Source of the DNA: Octopus vulgaris
Lineage: Eukaryota
Assembly: GCA_951406725.2 (NCBI GenBank)
Contig: OX597817.1
Span: 170,252,001 to 170,316,000 of the forward strand
Direction: 5' to 3'
Length of the DNA stretch: 64,000 bases
Part shown: piece by piece, positions 10,000 through 23,039 of the stretch
How the letters are laid out: each line of letters opens with the position of its first letter
Numbering within the stretch: position 1 is the first letter of the stretch
Made by a program: the position numbers and the translations under genes
Notes under the pieces: model-generated
What the model saw: the letters and a program-made list of their open reading frames with translations, nothing else
What the model was told of the DNA's origin: nothing
Databases searched by the model: none

Positions 10000-11995
10000 T
10001 GGTGAACAGATCTTCTTGAGTACAGCAAAGCATCAGATAACTTGGTCTTTTGTCATCTCCTTCGTAAGGCTCAATATCTTGAGATGGGCCTTCAGTACTT
10101 TGTCCCATGTTTTTCTGGATCTCTTTAAGTGATCAGCACTACTTTATGCAACTGCCCACATCCATACATATCACATGCAATATTCTTTCTTGTCCTGTGC
10201 ATCTAATTCCATTTATACCTAACTTTTCACTTAATACATTAGTGTTCTCTTGCACGTGTACACTGACATTGCACATCCAGTGGAGCATATTTGCTTCATA
10301 CCTCTCTAGTCTTTGCATGTCTTCTGCATTCAGGGCCCATGTCTCACTACCATGTAGAATTATTGTTTGCACAAATGTATAATACAATCTTACTTTTACT
10401 CAGAGAGAGAGAGACCTTTGTTTGCTAACAGAATTAAATGCTCTCTAAATTTTCCGCATCCTATTCTTATTCTAGCAATTACACTTTTCCTCTCCCACTG
10501 TTAATTAGGCCTCCTAGGTAGCAGAAATTATCCACTACCTATCTCTAAAGAGCCTCAAGAGAAAATCAATTCCCTGTGTATCCGTAGTCTTTATAGCTTC
10601 TGTGCATCTTCCACATGCAAACACTACTTTCTTTAATAACCTTCCCATTATTCCACTGCACCTTTTGTATGTCTATAGCTTGCACTTGGTCCACTGTATG
10701 GAACTGCTGCCTACACATAGGTTCTTACTAGAACCTTAGTCTTTACTAAGTTAATCTTAAGGCACTTTGATTCCAGGCTTTGCTTCCACACCTGGAGTTT
10801 CGTTTTTAGTTCTGTTATAGAATCTGCTATGACAACAAGATCATTAACATATAGCAGTTCCCAGGGGCATCTGGTCTTGAGTTCTTCTGTTATGGACTGG
10901 AAGACAATGATAAATAGAATTAGGGCTAAAAACCAAACCTTAATGAACACCCACCTGTACACTAAATTCATGATTAATTCTAACCTTATTAACAAAACCT
11001 CTGTTTATGGCTTTTACAAGCCACTCTTCTACCTCTACATTCCTGAGAGCCCACCATATTACACAGTGGAATAGTAGGCTTTTTCTAAATCAACAAATGC
11101 CAAGTACAATGGTTTATTCATAGCCAAATACTTCTGAAATTGTCTAACTATAAAGATAGCATAAGCAGTGCTTCTCCCTAGCACAAAGCCAAACTGCATT
11201 TCATCTAATCTGATTGGGCCAAGACTATTTATGAAAGTTTCATGACCAGCAATTTGATGCCTCATAATTACTTCTAAGGCATCACTTGTAGTAGCTGACT
11301 ATAATGCTGCTGTCCCAGTCATTGGGATGACACCTTCCTGAATAACCTGATTAACTATATGGGTAACTAGACTGTATCCTTCTCCAACAAATATTTCAAG
11401 CATATCAATGATGGATCTGGGAGCTTTCCTGGTCTTCATATCCTTAATTGCCTTAAAGACTCCGCCGGTTACGACGATGAGGGTCCCAGCTGATACGATC
11501 AACGGAACAGCTTGCTCGTGAAATTAATGTGCAAATGGCTGAGCATTCCACAGACACGTGTACCCTTAACGTAGTTCTCGGGGATAATCAGCGTGACACA
11601 GAGAGTGACCCTTTGAAATACAAGTACAACTCATTTTTGCCAGCTGAGTGGACTGGAGCAACGTGAAATAAAGTGTCTTGCTCAAGGACACAACGCGTCG
11701 CCGGGAATCGAACTCACAACCTTACGATCATGAGCCGAATGCCCTAACCACTAAGCCACGCGCCCTCACTCTTAATTGCCTTATCTATCATACTACTGTC
11801 AACATGAATGGCTAGTCCCTATGTTGGGTTCAAATAGGGGAGAATCCCAACTTTCATTCATTCTCTATATTTAATAGCCTTTTGTCGTAGCATTTCTATG
11901 CATCTTTCTTTTCAGAATCAGAGTAAAAGCATACCATTATTCATCCGTACAGACTTCTCTTTGATACATCGTCTAGCAATCTGGAATACCTCAAA
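10000..11995 (-). mobile_element. Degenerate RTE-clade LINE reverse-transcriptase region
   Basis: QFGFVLGRST..AIFIVRQ...YLAFVDLEKAY, LLYVNDLVVIA (decayed YADD) and LHGSETWAL motifs in ORFs 11059..11265, 10711..10995 and 10139..10387. Confidence 0.88.
11456..11770 (-). mobile_element. tRNA-derived SINE inserted into the RTE LINE; 13-bp TSD
   Basis: Head GTGGCTTAGTGG...GAGTTCGATTCCC; TSD cttaattgcctta at 11443-11455 and 11771-11783. Confidence 0.88.
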
Positions 11996-12524
11996 TTTTC
12001 ATTTCTACAAGAACACAATACATCGCCCAGTCCAGGAATCGAAACCACAATATTACTATCATGAGTGCAACACCCCAACCACGTGCCTCCACATACATGT
12101 ATCATCCAGAGATTTTAAACCTAGAAAATTTTGTGCTAAATTGTCTTAAAGCAAGGTCATGCCTAGAATACCTCTGAACATAGGCCTGTTGGATCAATAT
12201 AAGTTATTAAATTATAAGTCATGTTCACTAAAATAATTTACTACAAAGTCTGCATCTGTTGTTCTTTGGCTTGATTCTCAGAATATATTAGTGGGAAGGG
12301 AAAAAGAAAAAATATATTCCCATTGCTTGTAATGTTACAAAGGGAGGTAAGTAGTTTTCTTGCCTTGAGTTATAGTGTATGAATGCAACAGCAAAAGAAA
12401 AAATTGTTGGGAAAAAACTCCTTTAAGTAATGGCCATTGACTAAAATGAGGTCAACCATATGCTGTTCTTTGAAGTTGAGGGAGTGGTGGATTGAAAAAG
12501 GAGGAGATAAATTACCATGTTTAA

Positions 12525-12716
12525 CCCTTTTGTTACCATATTTCTGTGGAAATAAACTGCTTTTGCTTCAATAAATTTTGTCATTATTAAACTACTGTTT
12601 GGAAAATAAATTAGCATGGAATTTTGATGGAAGGGTTTTAATTAATATCAATTTAAGCATTAAATTTGTTTTACAAAGAACCAGGGATGGTCTTGGTAGT
12701 GTTAATATGTAAAGGG
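12525..12716. mobile_element. piggyBac-like MITE (TTAA TSD)
   Basis: ttaa|cccttt...aaaggg|ttaa. Confidence 0.65.
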
Positions 12717-13523
12717 TTAATATACTTTCAAATTTTGGCACAAGGCCAACAATTTTGGGAGAAGGGACTAATCGACCACATCAACCGCAGTGCTCAACTA
12801 GTACCTATTTTATTGACCCTGAGTGGATAAAAAGCTAAGTCGACCTTGGTTGAATTTGAACCCAGAACATAAAAGACAGACGAAATGCTGCTAAGTATTA
12901 TGCCTGACATGCTAAAAATTCTGCTGGTTTGCTGCCTTTGTAAAGGATTAATATAATCAGGATTTTAACCTTGTCCAATACCTGAGTGAAGAAAAAAGTT
13001 ACATGAAGGCAAACTCTATTTTGTCTTCTGTATAATATGGGGGAGGTGGAAGGCAAAAATTTCACTAAAATATTTTTTTTAGTTAAGTCCTGATATTTGT
13101 TAATTTGAGCAGAACTGCACTGTAAGGTCATAAAAGATCTGGTTCAATGCAGTTAGTCTCAATATCTACCTTTGTAACTAGAAAATATCAGTGATGTAAG
13201 ATAATCTTTAAAATGATGGATAAGTTGTTGGTTATAAATTTTGGCACAAAGCCAGCAGGTTTGTGGGTAGGAACTAAGTTGATTAAATCGCCCTGTGTTC
13301 AACTGGTACTTACTTTATTGATCTCTGAAAGGATGAAAAGCAAAGTCGATCTTGGTGGAATTTGAACTCAGAACATAAAGATGGACAAAATGCTACTAAG
13401 CATTTTGCCCAGCATGGCACTGATTGTCAGCTCGGCACCTTAATGATGGATAAGGTATTGACAATAAAGATGAAAGAGCAAAGAGGGAGAGTTGAACTTA
13501 TTTCATTGAACTAAAGCTGTCTT

Positions 13524-13811
13524 GTGGAAGCACATGGCCCAGTGGTTAGAGCAGCGGACTCGCGGTTAAGGGATCGCAGCTTTGAATCGATGTGTTTGAG
13601 CGAAACACCTAAGCTCCATGCGGCTCTGGCAGAAGGTAATGACGAACTTCTGCTGACTGTTTCACCACAACTTTCTATCACTTTTTCCTCCTGCATCTTG
13701 TAGCTCACCTACGACGGACCTGCGTCCCATTCAAATGGGGAACCTATACACCACGGAAACTGGGAAACCGGCCCTATGAGCCAGGCGTGGTTCGAGAAGG
13801 AACAAACAAAC
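13524..13811 (+). mobile_element. tRNA-derived SINE with V-domain-like body and (AAAC)n tail; 11-bp TSD
   Basis: TGGCCCAGTGG head; TSD aaagctgtctt at 13513-13523 and 13812-13822. Confidence 0.8.
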
Positions 13812-14076
13812 AAAGCTGTCTTAGTACTAGAGCTGTTATCAATGGGTCTCTGCTATATGACTTCTTATTGTTAATAAAAATTGGTGGCTTTAAATAAATT
13901 TACAAGTCAGAAATACTCTAACATCAAAAGAACTAAAGAGATATGTAATTAAATCTTTAGTGTTCAGATTACTCTGTCAAGTTTGATACTTATTTATTGT
14001 TTTGAATTAATCATGCATTATCATGTAACTTGGTTTTGATAGTGTGATAGTTCATTTTTAGAATGACATTCTAGAA

Positions 14077-14283
14077 CAGGGGTGGTCGAACTTTTTTGAT
14101 CGCGGGCCGCACAGTGCGTCTTTGGAACCTTGGCGGGCCTCATTTATAAAAATCAAGTGAAAATATTGTGAATTACCGTACAACTGAAACAGTTACGAAG
14201 TATCTGCATAGAAGTTGAGATTCATAAAAGCTCTCGGTGGGCCACATGAAAACTTATGGCGGGCTGTAGTTTGCCCACCCCTG
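14077..14283. mobile_element. hAT (Charlie-like) MITE nested in a piggyBac-like MITE
   Basis: TIR caggggtgg/ccacccctg; 8-bp TSD ttctagaa/ttctagag (7/8 match). Confidence 0.8.
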
Positions 14284-14597
14284 TTCTAGAGTAAGTGTAA
14301 GAGGCCAGATCGTGACAGTTTGAATATGAAACAGGTGGAAATAGCCAGTTGAAATGCTAAACAGTTAAAGCAATCATCATCATCGTTTAACGTCTGTTCT
14401 CCATGCTAGCATGGGTTGGACGGTTCGACCGGGAATCTGGGAAGCCAGAAGGCTGCACCAGGCTCTGGTCTTTGATAAAGATGATGATGACTAAGGACAG
14501 CAACTACAAAAAACATATCAAGAAATTTATTCATACAAATTTGTCTAGGGGTGATGAAGGAAAAAAAATAAATAAAAAAAAATGACAATTTTTTTTT

Positions 14598-14603
14598 TTT
14601 ATT
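14598..14603 (-). promoter_or_regulatory. Candidate PSMA5 polyadenylation signal AATAAA
   Basis: tttatt on + about 155 nt after the stop, followed on the minus strand by a U-rich tract. A second AATAAA overlaps the stop codon. Confidence 0.45.
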
Positions 14604-14757
14604 GAAAGAAAAGAAGCCTGACTGTGATAGGAGCGATACATACTGCATTGCCTTGCAAAAACGGGGATGAGCAGAGCAAGCAGTGAAAGAAACTGTTCTG
14701 GTCATCAGGATTCCATGAAAACAAATTCTGAATTAAGATGTACATTGATAGAGGTTT

Positions 14758-14850
14758 TTATTTTCTGCCTTTTTCAATATCTTCAATAATTTTTTCGAGA
14801 TCTTCTCTGGAAAACATGTTGAAGTTTTTCTCTCGCGTCACAGTTGCCAT
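14758..14850 (-). CDS. PSMA5: PSMA5 terminal coding exon (MATVTREKNFNMFSREDLEKIIEDIEKGRK*)
   Basis: 93 nt including TAA; ttacag acceptor. The joined CDS is 741 nt = 246 aa with no internal stop. Confidence 0.96.
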   Translation of the reverse strand: MATVTREKNFNMFSREDLEKIIEDIEKGRK

Positions 14851-15128
14851 CTGTAATGAGAACCGCAGTCGTAGTCGTTAAAACAGGATTACAATGATGA
14901 AAAGAAACAGAGATAATTACATTATCACAAGAATCATAAGGGTTTAACTATTAAGAAACATGAAAAGTCCTGCCACACATCATCATCATCTTCATTTTGC
15001 AACTCTTTTCATGCTGGCATGGGTTAGATGGTTTGACTGGTATTGGTAAGCTGGAGAGCAACACAAGGCACTGGTTGTCTGTTTTAGTTGAGTTCCTATT
15101 GTCAACCACTCTATATAGTGTACTGGGT

Positions 15129-15510
15129 GTGGAGGCGCAATGGCCCAGTGGTTAGGGCAGCGGACTCGTGGTCATAGCATCGTGGTTTCGATTCCCAGAC
15201 CGGGCGTTGTGTTTATTGAGCGAAAACACCTAAAAGCTCCACGAGGCTCTGGCAGGGGGTGGTGGTGATCCCTGCTGTACTCTTTCACTACAACTTTCTC
15301 TCACTCTTACTTCCTGTTTCTGTTGTACCAGTATTTCAAGGGGCCGGCCTTGTCACTCTCTGTGTCACGCTGAATATCCTCGAGAACTACGTTAAGGGTA
15401 CACATGTCTGTGGAGTGCTCAGCCACTTACACGTTAATTTCATGAGCAGGCTGTTCCATTGATTCGGATCAACCGGAACCCTCGTCGTCGTAACTGACGG
15501 AGTGCTTCCC
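15129..15510 (+). mobile_element. tRNA-derived SINE; 14-16-bp TSD; nested in an older (GAT)n-tailed element
   Basis: TSD atagtgtactgggt at 15115-15128 and 15511-15524; A and B boxes in the head. Confidence 0.85.
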
Positions 15511-16893
15511 ATAGTGTACTGGGTGTCTTAAGTGTGTCACTGGCATGGGTGTCTTTCATGACTTCTTATTGTTAATAAAAATTGGTGGCTTTAAATAAAT
15601 TTACAAGTCAGAAATACTCTAACATCAAAAGAACTAAAGAGATATGTAATTAAATCTTTAGTGTTCAGATTACTATGTCAAGTTTGATACTTATTTATTG
15701 TTTTGAATTAATCATGCATTATCACTTAGCTTGATGTGTCATCTCAAGCGCAGCAAATCATCAAAGTTCTCGATCACTTGTCATTGCCACAGTTAAAATA
15801 TCAACTAGATGACTTAAATGCTCAGTACACTTGGTATACAGTGACTGATTATTGTTTAGCTGTAGGACTGTACTGATTCAACAGAACTATGATCAAAGTG
15901 TTCTAATTGTGTAATCACTACATCCTTTATTCAGTGTATCTAGAATGACATTATCCAACATGTAATTTTATTTTGAAGACAATAGAATGTAATTTGAGGG
16001 AAATTTGGCTGTTATTTCTAGCAAATATATTGGTTAAAACCATAAGCAAGTGAGTGGTTACATTGATGTTCTATTTCATAAACATGATTCAGTGATCGAG
16101 CACATGTGCTTGAACTAGATTTTAATACTCAATCAAGAGATTTAAAAAGTCTGTCTAAAGTCAATCATTATTCACGAAATGGAGGTACCATCAATCATTA
16201 TCTCCTCTTTGGCATACACAGTTTTGGATGAGAATTTCTGTCTGTTGCTAACAACATTTTGTTTCTCAGATTTAGTTTATTACAAATCAAAACCTGTTGT
16301 AGAACAAGCCTCTATGTGATTGCCTGACGAGCTAGAAATAATAACCATATCAAACACTATCTTAAAAAGAAAGAGGGGTGGCGGAATTGTTTGATGCTAT
16401 CAACCATACATTCTCTCCATTCATCATCATGAAATAACCTATTTCTTTATTACCCACAAGGGGCTAAACACAGAGGGGACAAACAAGGACAGACATAGGT
16501 ATTAAGTCGATTACATCGACCCCAGTGCGTAACTAGTACTTATTTAATCGACCCCGAAAGGATGAAAGGCAAAGTCGACCTCGGCGGAATTTGAACTCAG
16601 AACGTAGCGACAAACGAAATACCGCTTAGCTCCATGTTGGCATGAGTTGGACGGTTTGACAGGAGCTGGCCAGGCACCATGTCTGTTTTGGTATGGTTTC
16701 TACAGCTGGATGCCCTTCCTAATGTCAGCCACTTCGAATACTGGGTACTTTAAAAAGGCAAAACCTGTTGAAGAAGGGCTGGATAAATAGGTGCTTCACT
16801 GAACACATTTTAAGCTACTAAAAAAAACAAAAAAAACAACAACAACAACAAAAAAAACACACTAAGATCAACAGCTACAAAGATAACACTCAC

Positions 16894-16980
16894 CTCGACA
16901 TTGGTTGGGTCTAGTTTTTCTTCCATGACTTGCTGCAAAATCTTTAGAGCTTCTTTACGTGCCTCATCCAGACTCATTGA
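16894..16980 (-). CDS. PSMA5: PSMA5 coding exon 7 (SMSLDEARKEALKILQQVMEEKLDPTNVE)
   Basis: 87 nt; tctag acceptor, gtgagt donor; QVMEEKL motif. Confidence 0.98.
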
Positions 16981-17269
16981 CTAGACAGAAGAAAGACCAG
17001 ATATCTCACCATCATCCACATTGCTGATTAACTCTTCAAAACAAATTTTAACTAGAACAGGTAACACTGCCACAGCCACCACTAATATTGCCTCCATTCC
17101 TTTCCTATATGACCACATCACCATTGTTTAATGCCTGCCTTCCATGCTGGCATGGGTTGGATGGCTTGACTGAGGGCTGGCAAGCCAGAAGTCTGTACCA
17201 GGCTTCAATCTTATCTGGCAAGGTTTCTACAGCTGGATGCCCTTCCTAATGCCAACAACTCTGAGTGTG

Positions 17270-17607
17270 CTGAGACCCCCTTTGGTCATGACTAACCATG
17301 GGATTGCACCTAGAAAGTTACCCTCCAAGGCACAAGTCCAGGCAAGGTTGTCTATGGAAGACCAGCAGTCGCCCATGCATACCAGCCTCCCCTCTCCACA
17401 CCACCAATGTTATCCAAGGGAAAGGTAAGGGCTGATACAGCTTGGCACCAGTGACTTCACAACTCATTTCTACAGCTGAGTGAACTGGAACAACGTGAAA
17501 TAAAGTGTCTTGCTCGAGAACACAACACGCAGCCCGGTCCAGGATTTGAATTCACAACCTCACGATCGTAAGCTTGACGCTCTAACCACTGAGCCATGTG
17601 CCTTCAC
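17270..17607 (-). mobile_element. tRNA-derived SINE (other copies at 47100-47345 and 61445-61780)
   Basis: Head TGGCTCAGTGG...GAATTCAAATCC; CORE-like gagcaagacactt; a distinct 3' body shared by three copies. Confidence 0.8.
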
Positions 17608-17838
17608 TGAGAGTGTAGTAGCTACTTTTTAGGTGCCACTGGTACAAGGGCCAGTCAGGCGTAACTGGTATCGACCGTGCTTGAATGGTGCTTTTTACAT
17701 GCCACTGGCACTGGAGCCAGTCAAGCAGCACTGGTAAGGACTACTACTCCACCATCATCTCTATTGCTACTGCCACTACCATATAGCATCCACCTACATA
17801 GACCATCACACACAATCAGTTTTTCCATCATTTTATAA

Positions 17839-18223
17839 CTAGCAGTATCGCCCGGCGTTGCTTGGGTTTGTAAGGGAAATAACTATATAAGCATTTTTAG
17901 AGTTATAGCCAAAAAATAGCAAAAAAATGCATTAAAAATGGAAAAAAAATGATGGTAAATTTTTTTTTAAATCGTTGACTCATCGTAGACATTTTTAGAG
18001 AGTTACTTCCCTAATATAATAGCGAAAAAATGCATTAAAATGGAAAAAAATGATGGTAAATTTTTTTTTAAATCGTAGACTCATGCTAATACCCAGAAGG
18101 GCTCGATATGAATCACGACTATAAGATACCCAGTTTTGGTTAAACTGCACCGCAAAATGTGGGAGTAGTTAGGAATCTAAATCGTAGGAGACAGACACAC
18201 AACTTCACTTTTATATATAAAGA
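17839..18223 (-). mobile_element. Non-autonomous Helitron (same family as 2766-3166)
   Basis: 5' TC, 3' hairpin plus CTAG, A|T insertion site. Confidence 0.85.
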
Positions 18224-18616
18224 TTTTCCTTTGCTTTACAGTCATTGGACTGTCCCAAAGATGGTTTAGTCAACCAAATGGTCTCAATAATTTTTTTAAA
18301 AGTTTGGTACTTATTGTATCAATCCTTTTTGTTGAACCACTCAGTTAAATATGTAAACAAAGCAGTGCTGAGGGACAAATACAACACAAACAGAAACACA
18401 AAGATAGACAGATAGCTACATACATACACACACACATATATGTATATATATACTCTATTCTTTTACTTATTCCAGTCATATGACTGTAGTCATGCTGGAG
18501 CACTGCCTTAAAAGGTTTTAGTCAAAGAAATTGACACCCAAGACTTATTGTTTGTAAGCCTAGTACTTATTCTATCAGCCTCTTTTGCTGAACCGCTAAG
18601 TTACAGAGACATAATA

Positions 18617-18672
<56 letters not shown>

Positions 18673-18882
18673 TACACATGGTGGGCTTCTTTCAGTTTCC
18701 ACTGACCAAATCTACTCACAAGGCTTTGGTCGGCTCAGGGCTATAGTAGAACACACTCACCCAAGGTGCTATGCAGTGGGACGACTGAATCCACAAGTGA
18801 TTGGGAAGCAAGCTACTTGACCACACACACCAATGTCCCTCGTCTGATCCCATCCACCACCATATTATGTATAAACTGGCAT

Positions 18883-19282
18883 ACTCTCTTTCTCTTTTAC
18901 TTGTTTCAGTCATTTGACTGCGGCCATGCTGGAGCACAGCCTTTAGTCGAGCAAATCGACCCCGGGACTTATTCTTTGTAAGCCCAGTACTTATTCTATC
19001 GGTCTCTTTTGCCGAACAGCTAAGTGATGGGGACGTAAACACACCAGCATCGGTTGTCAAGCAATGCTAGGGGGACAAACACAGACACACAAACATATAT
19101 ATATATATATACATATATACGACAGGCTTCTTTCAGTTTCCGTCTACCAAATCCACTCACAAGGCATTGGTCGGCCCGGGGCTATAGCAGAAGACACTTG
19201 CCCAAGATGCCACGCAGTGGGACTGAACCCGGAACCATGTGGTTGGTTAGCAAGCTACTTACCACACAGCCACTCCTGTGCC
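18883..19282 (-). mobile_element. CORE-like tRNA SINE, full length, in a PSMA5 intron
   Basis: Reverse complement of the 7444-7863 family. Confidence 0.88.
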
Positions 19283-19916
19283 TATACTGAATATAACATG
19301 ATTGAAGTGTTCAAATCTTGTTGCAGTCAATAAATAGTGACCCCTACCTAAAACATTACCCGATTTGAGTTAGTTCAGTTGACAAATAGATTTCCCTTCT
19401 ACTTCAGTAGTGTACTAGTTAGCAATATGAAATACATCTACTGGTAAAAATAAAACTAGTTCCAACAAAGAGCAAAATGCCCACATTTTATTTTTTATAA
19501 AACAGAAACAAAATCATCATCATCATTTAACGTCCGCTTTCCATGCTGGCATGGGTTGGACGATTCAACTGGGGTCTGGGAAGCCAGAAGGCTGCAGCAG
19601 GCTCCAGTCTGATCCGGCAGAGTTTCTACAGCTGGATGCCCTTCCTAACACCAACCACTCCGTGAGTGTAGTGGGTGCTTTTTACGTGCCAGACGAAGCT
19701 GGCAACGGCCACGGTCGGATGGTGCTTTTTACGTGCCACCGGCACGGAGGCCAGTCGGGCGGCGCTGGCAACGGCCATGTTCGGACAGTTCTCTTACATG
19801 CCACTGGCACTGGTATCACAGCTACAAATTCCATTGATGTTGATAGATTACGATTTTGATTTAACAAAAACATTTATGGTAAAAGTGCATGTAAAATATT
19901 TGAACATATTGAATAC

Positions 19917-20019
19917 CTTATGATAGACATCCTGCAGTGCTTGTTGTGCTCCTTCTGACCCAGATCCTATAGCTTTAGCATCATACTGTATGAAAGTGCC
20001 TGATGGATCCATATGGAAT
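19917..20019 (-). CDS. PSMA5: PSMA5 coding exon 6 ([35 protein letters not shown])
   Basis: 103 nt; tag acceptor, gtattc donor; DPSG and AIGSG motifs; seen inside ORF 19848..20051. Confidence 0.98.
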
Positions 20020-20517
20020 CTATCCAAATATGAAAAAAAAAAATTTATCATTCAATGCTACACATTAAGCTAAGACAATATTATATATTATACGTTGTGT
20101 GTATATACATACAAATAAATAATCATCCTCATTATTTAATGTCCATTTTCCATGCTGGTGTGGGTTGGGCAGTTTAACAAGAGCTGGCGAACCAGAGGAC
20201 TGTACTAAGCTGTTTGCTTTGGCATGGTCTCTATGGCTAGATGTTCTTCCTAATGTCAAACATCTAACAGAGTGTACTGGGTGCTTTTTGCATGACACCA
20301 GGACCAGCGTGGTCATCAAATAGCTTGCAAGACAAAGACCCCTCAACTAAGATTGGGAGTAGTATTAAGCGAGATCGCATTGTGCTGGGAAATTAGAGCT
20401 TAACATATGATAAAGGGATAAAAAGAAGTGTCTTGCTGTACATATCTGTATTACTGAGACTCTTTATGCAAGTGTGACAGCACAACATTACTAACTTTAA
20501 TTTTACACAATATTTAA

Positions 20518-20738
20518 CCCTTTCGTTACTGTATTTAATTTTGAGATGCTCTGTGTTTCTTTAAATTACTTTAAATATAACAAAGAATTTAGTAAAATAA
20601 CTTAGTTATCATTCAGCTAGTGTTAGGAACATAAATTGTGACTAAGGTTTGGTGGAAGATTTTAATTCAAAACTTATGAAAACAAGACTTTTGTACTCAG
20701 AGCCAGAGCCAGTTTCAGCCAGGTTAGTAATGAAAGGG
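20518..20738. mobile_element. piggyBac-like MITE (TTAA TSD)
   Basis: ttaa|ccctttcgttact...agtaatgaaaggg|ttaa. Confidence 0.78.
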
Positions 20739-21030
20739 TTAAACTATCATTGCAAACAAGTAAGACATAGTAACATATACTATGCTTCCATTAATTGTTT
20801 TTGGAGTCTATATAGTCTCCAGGAGAGATAGACACTCTCTTGACCCTCTCACCCATGACTTTGTGTAATGTTGAGAAAATGTGACAGCCGAAGAGAGAGT
20901 ACTGCATCACCACTCATGTAGGTACTCTTTTTCAGCTGAGTAGACAATGATGTGAAATGAAGTACTTTGCTCAAGAATAACACTGTCTAGTTCAGAAATT
21001 GAAATCTTATGATTACTACCTAACCATTAA

Positions 21031-21250
21031 CCCTTTAGCATTCAGATTAATCTGTCAAATGTAAAGCCTGTTTAATTACATTGTTTTAAATTAATTGTAC
21101 AGCATCTTGTAACTCTGAGATTTTGATGATGTCCCTGTTTATTTTTAGAATGACATTGTAGGGTAGGTGTGAGAAGTCAGAGCTGGCTGGTTTGAGAATA
21201 AAACAGGAAGACAATTTTGGCCTGGTATGGCCGGTTTAAACACTAAAGGG
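21031..21250. mobile_element. piggyBac-like MITE (TTAA TSD)
   Basis: ttaa|ccctttag...ctaaaggg|ttaa; related, interrupted copies at about 13950-14368 and 57439-57885. Confidence 0.75.
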
Positions 21251-21452
21251 TTAAAATGCAGGGCAGAACCCCCCACCCAAAAAAAAAATAAAACATAGTT
21301 TAGGTTAGCTTTCTGCAAACTATAATTATAAATAAATTATGATGATGTCATAATACAGCCAGAGTATTATCTAAATTTTATGAAAAATTTAGGTAACACA
21401 ATTTAGTATGAGAAACAGTTGTACAAGTTTCTAGATGTTTACAGTTACTTAC

Positions 21453-21511
21453 AATTGAGGACCTTTCTCATCAATACCAGCAAATAGCAATGCTACACCG
21501 AATGGACGGCT
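21453..21511 (-). CDS. PSMA5: PSMA5 coding exon 5 (SRPFGVALLFAGIDEKGPQ-L)
   Basis: 59 nt; ttacag acceptor, gtaagt donor; conserved RPFGV motif. Confidence 0.98.
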
Positions 21512-22539
21512 CTGTAAGGAAAAATGTAAGTTTTTAATAAGTTATCTAGTAAAATAACTTTATATGATGAGTCCTTAGACACAATAATAGAGATTATATT
21601 ATTTATTAGAATATAGTCCTACAAAATAATGGCGAAAATTATGAATTAAGACTTAGCTCAGATGGATAGCCAATTAAATTAGGAATATAGCTAAACATTT
21701 CATCACTCCCAACAAGCTGTAGTTAATGTTCATTTTTATCAATTGTAAGTGATTAAAAGAATGTTATTTTTTGGCCAAGTAAACTCCTAATTTAAATGGT
21801 TTCCAACCACGACTATTCTGTTCTTTTGTGTATCAGGGACAACAATGTCAAATGTATCCTCCTTATTTCTAGGAAAATAAGGTATGATTTAAAAATTTGA
21901 CAGCTATTTCTAGCACTACACAGAAGCTCTGTAATAGTTGATACAAGTGCTTTTGAATCCAGAATGTTGAATGAAGAATACTGTATAATACTCAGCTTAA
22001 TGATCTATCATTTTCTGCCAACTTTATCTTTTCAAGTGAAGGCATATATTTCAATTTTTTTTTCCAGACAAACCCAAGGGAGGTAACCCTGTGTATCAAT
22101 ACACTATACCCTCTACGTCATCACGCAGGTGGCAGAATTGCTAGTACGCCGAGCAAAATGCTTAGCGGCATTTCGTTCGTCTTCATGTTCATAGTTCAAA
22201 TTCCGTGGAGGTCCTTTCATCCTTTGAAATAGATACTTTCGAATATTCGAAAGTCTTCAATGTAGTAGAAATTCCATAATGTAGACCATGGACACAAGAG
22301 GTGAGGTGATATCACAGGCAGACGAAAGGAGGAAACAGAAATCATATGCACAGGTGTTAGTAAACTGTAAGACCTGTGTAATAGATGCTTTCAAATGCCT
22401 GGATGGCACCTTGGCGATTGAATTAGAAGTGGGGGTAGGAGCTCAAGAAGCAGAACAGCCAAAGTAAAATTTTTGAGGAGCTATTATATCTGCTTGCAAC
22501 TAGGACATTGTCTCTTCAAGAAATGGGTAGATTGTTTGA

Positions 22540-22941
22540 TAGGAGTGGCTGTGTGGTAAGTAGCTTGCTAACCAACCACATGGTTCTGGGTTCAGTCCCA
22601 CTGCGTGGCATCTTGGGCAAGTGTCTTCTGCTGTAGCCCCGGGCCAACCAATGCCTTGTGAGTGGATTTGGTAGACGGAAACTGAAAGAAGCCTGTCGTA
22701 TATATGTATATATATATATAAGTGTGTGTGTGTATATGTTTGTGCGTCTGTGTTTGTCCCCCTAGCATTGCTTGACAACCGATGCTGGTGTGTTTACGTC
22801 CCTGTCACTTAGAGGTTCGGCAAAAGAGACCGATAGAATAAGTACTGGGCTTACAAAGAATAAGTCCCAGGGTCGATTTGCTCGACTAAAGGTTGTGCTC
22901 CAGCATGGCCGCAGTCAAATGACTGAAACAAGTAAAAGAGT
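22540..22941 (+). mobile_element. CORE-like tRNA SINE in a PSMA5 intron
   Basis: Shares subfamily-diagnostic variants with 18883-19282. Confidence 0.88.
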
Positions 22942-23039
22942 ATAGTCCCCACTGGCTCTTCTAAATCACACTTGGCCTGAACAGCCACCAGCACCTTTTG
23001 TACCAATCAAGATGAAGAGGCTCAATACTCATTACAGAT

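Noticed and set aside
13861-13872. cttcttattgtt shared between the 167-bp duplication start and the TSD at 882-893
   Set aside because: A short AT-rich match with no other shared sequence; probably coincidence, though a common target preference cannot be excluded.
22235-22254. 20-bp perfect palindrome actttcgaatattcgaaagt
   Set aside because: Isolated at a truncated SINE junction; no supporting context for function.
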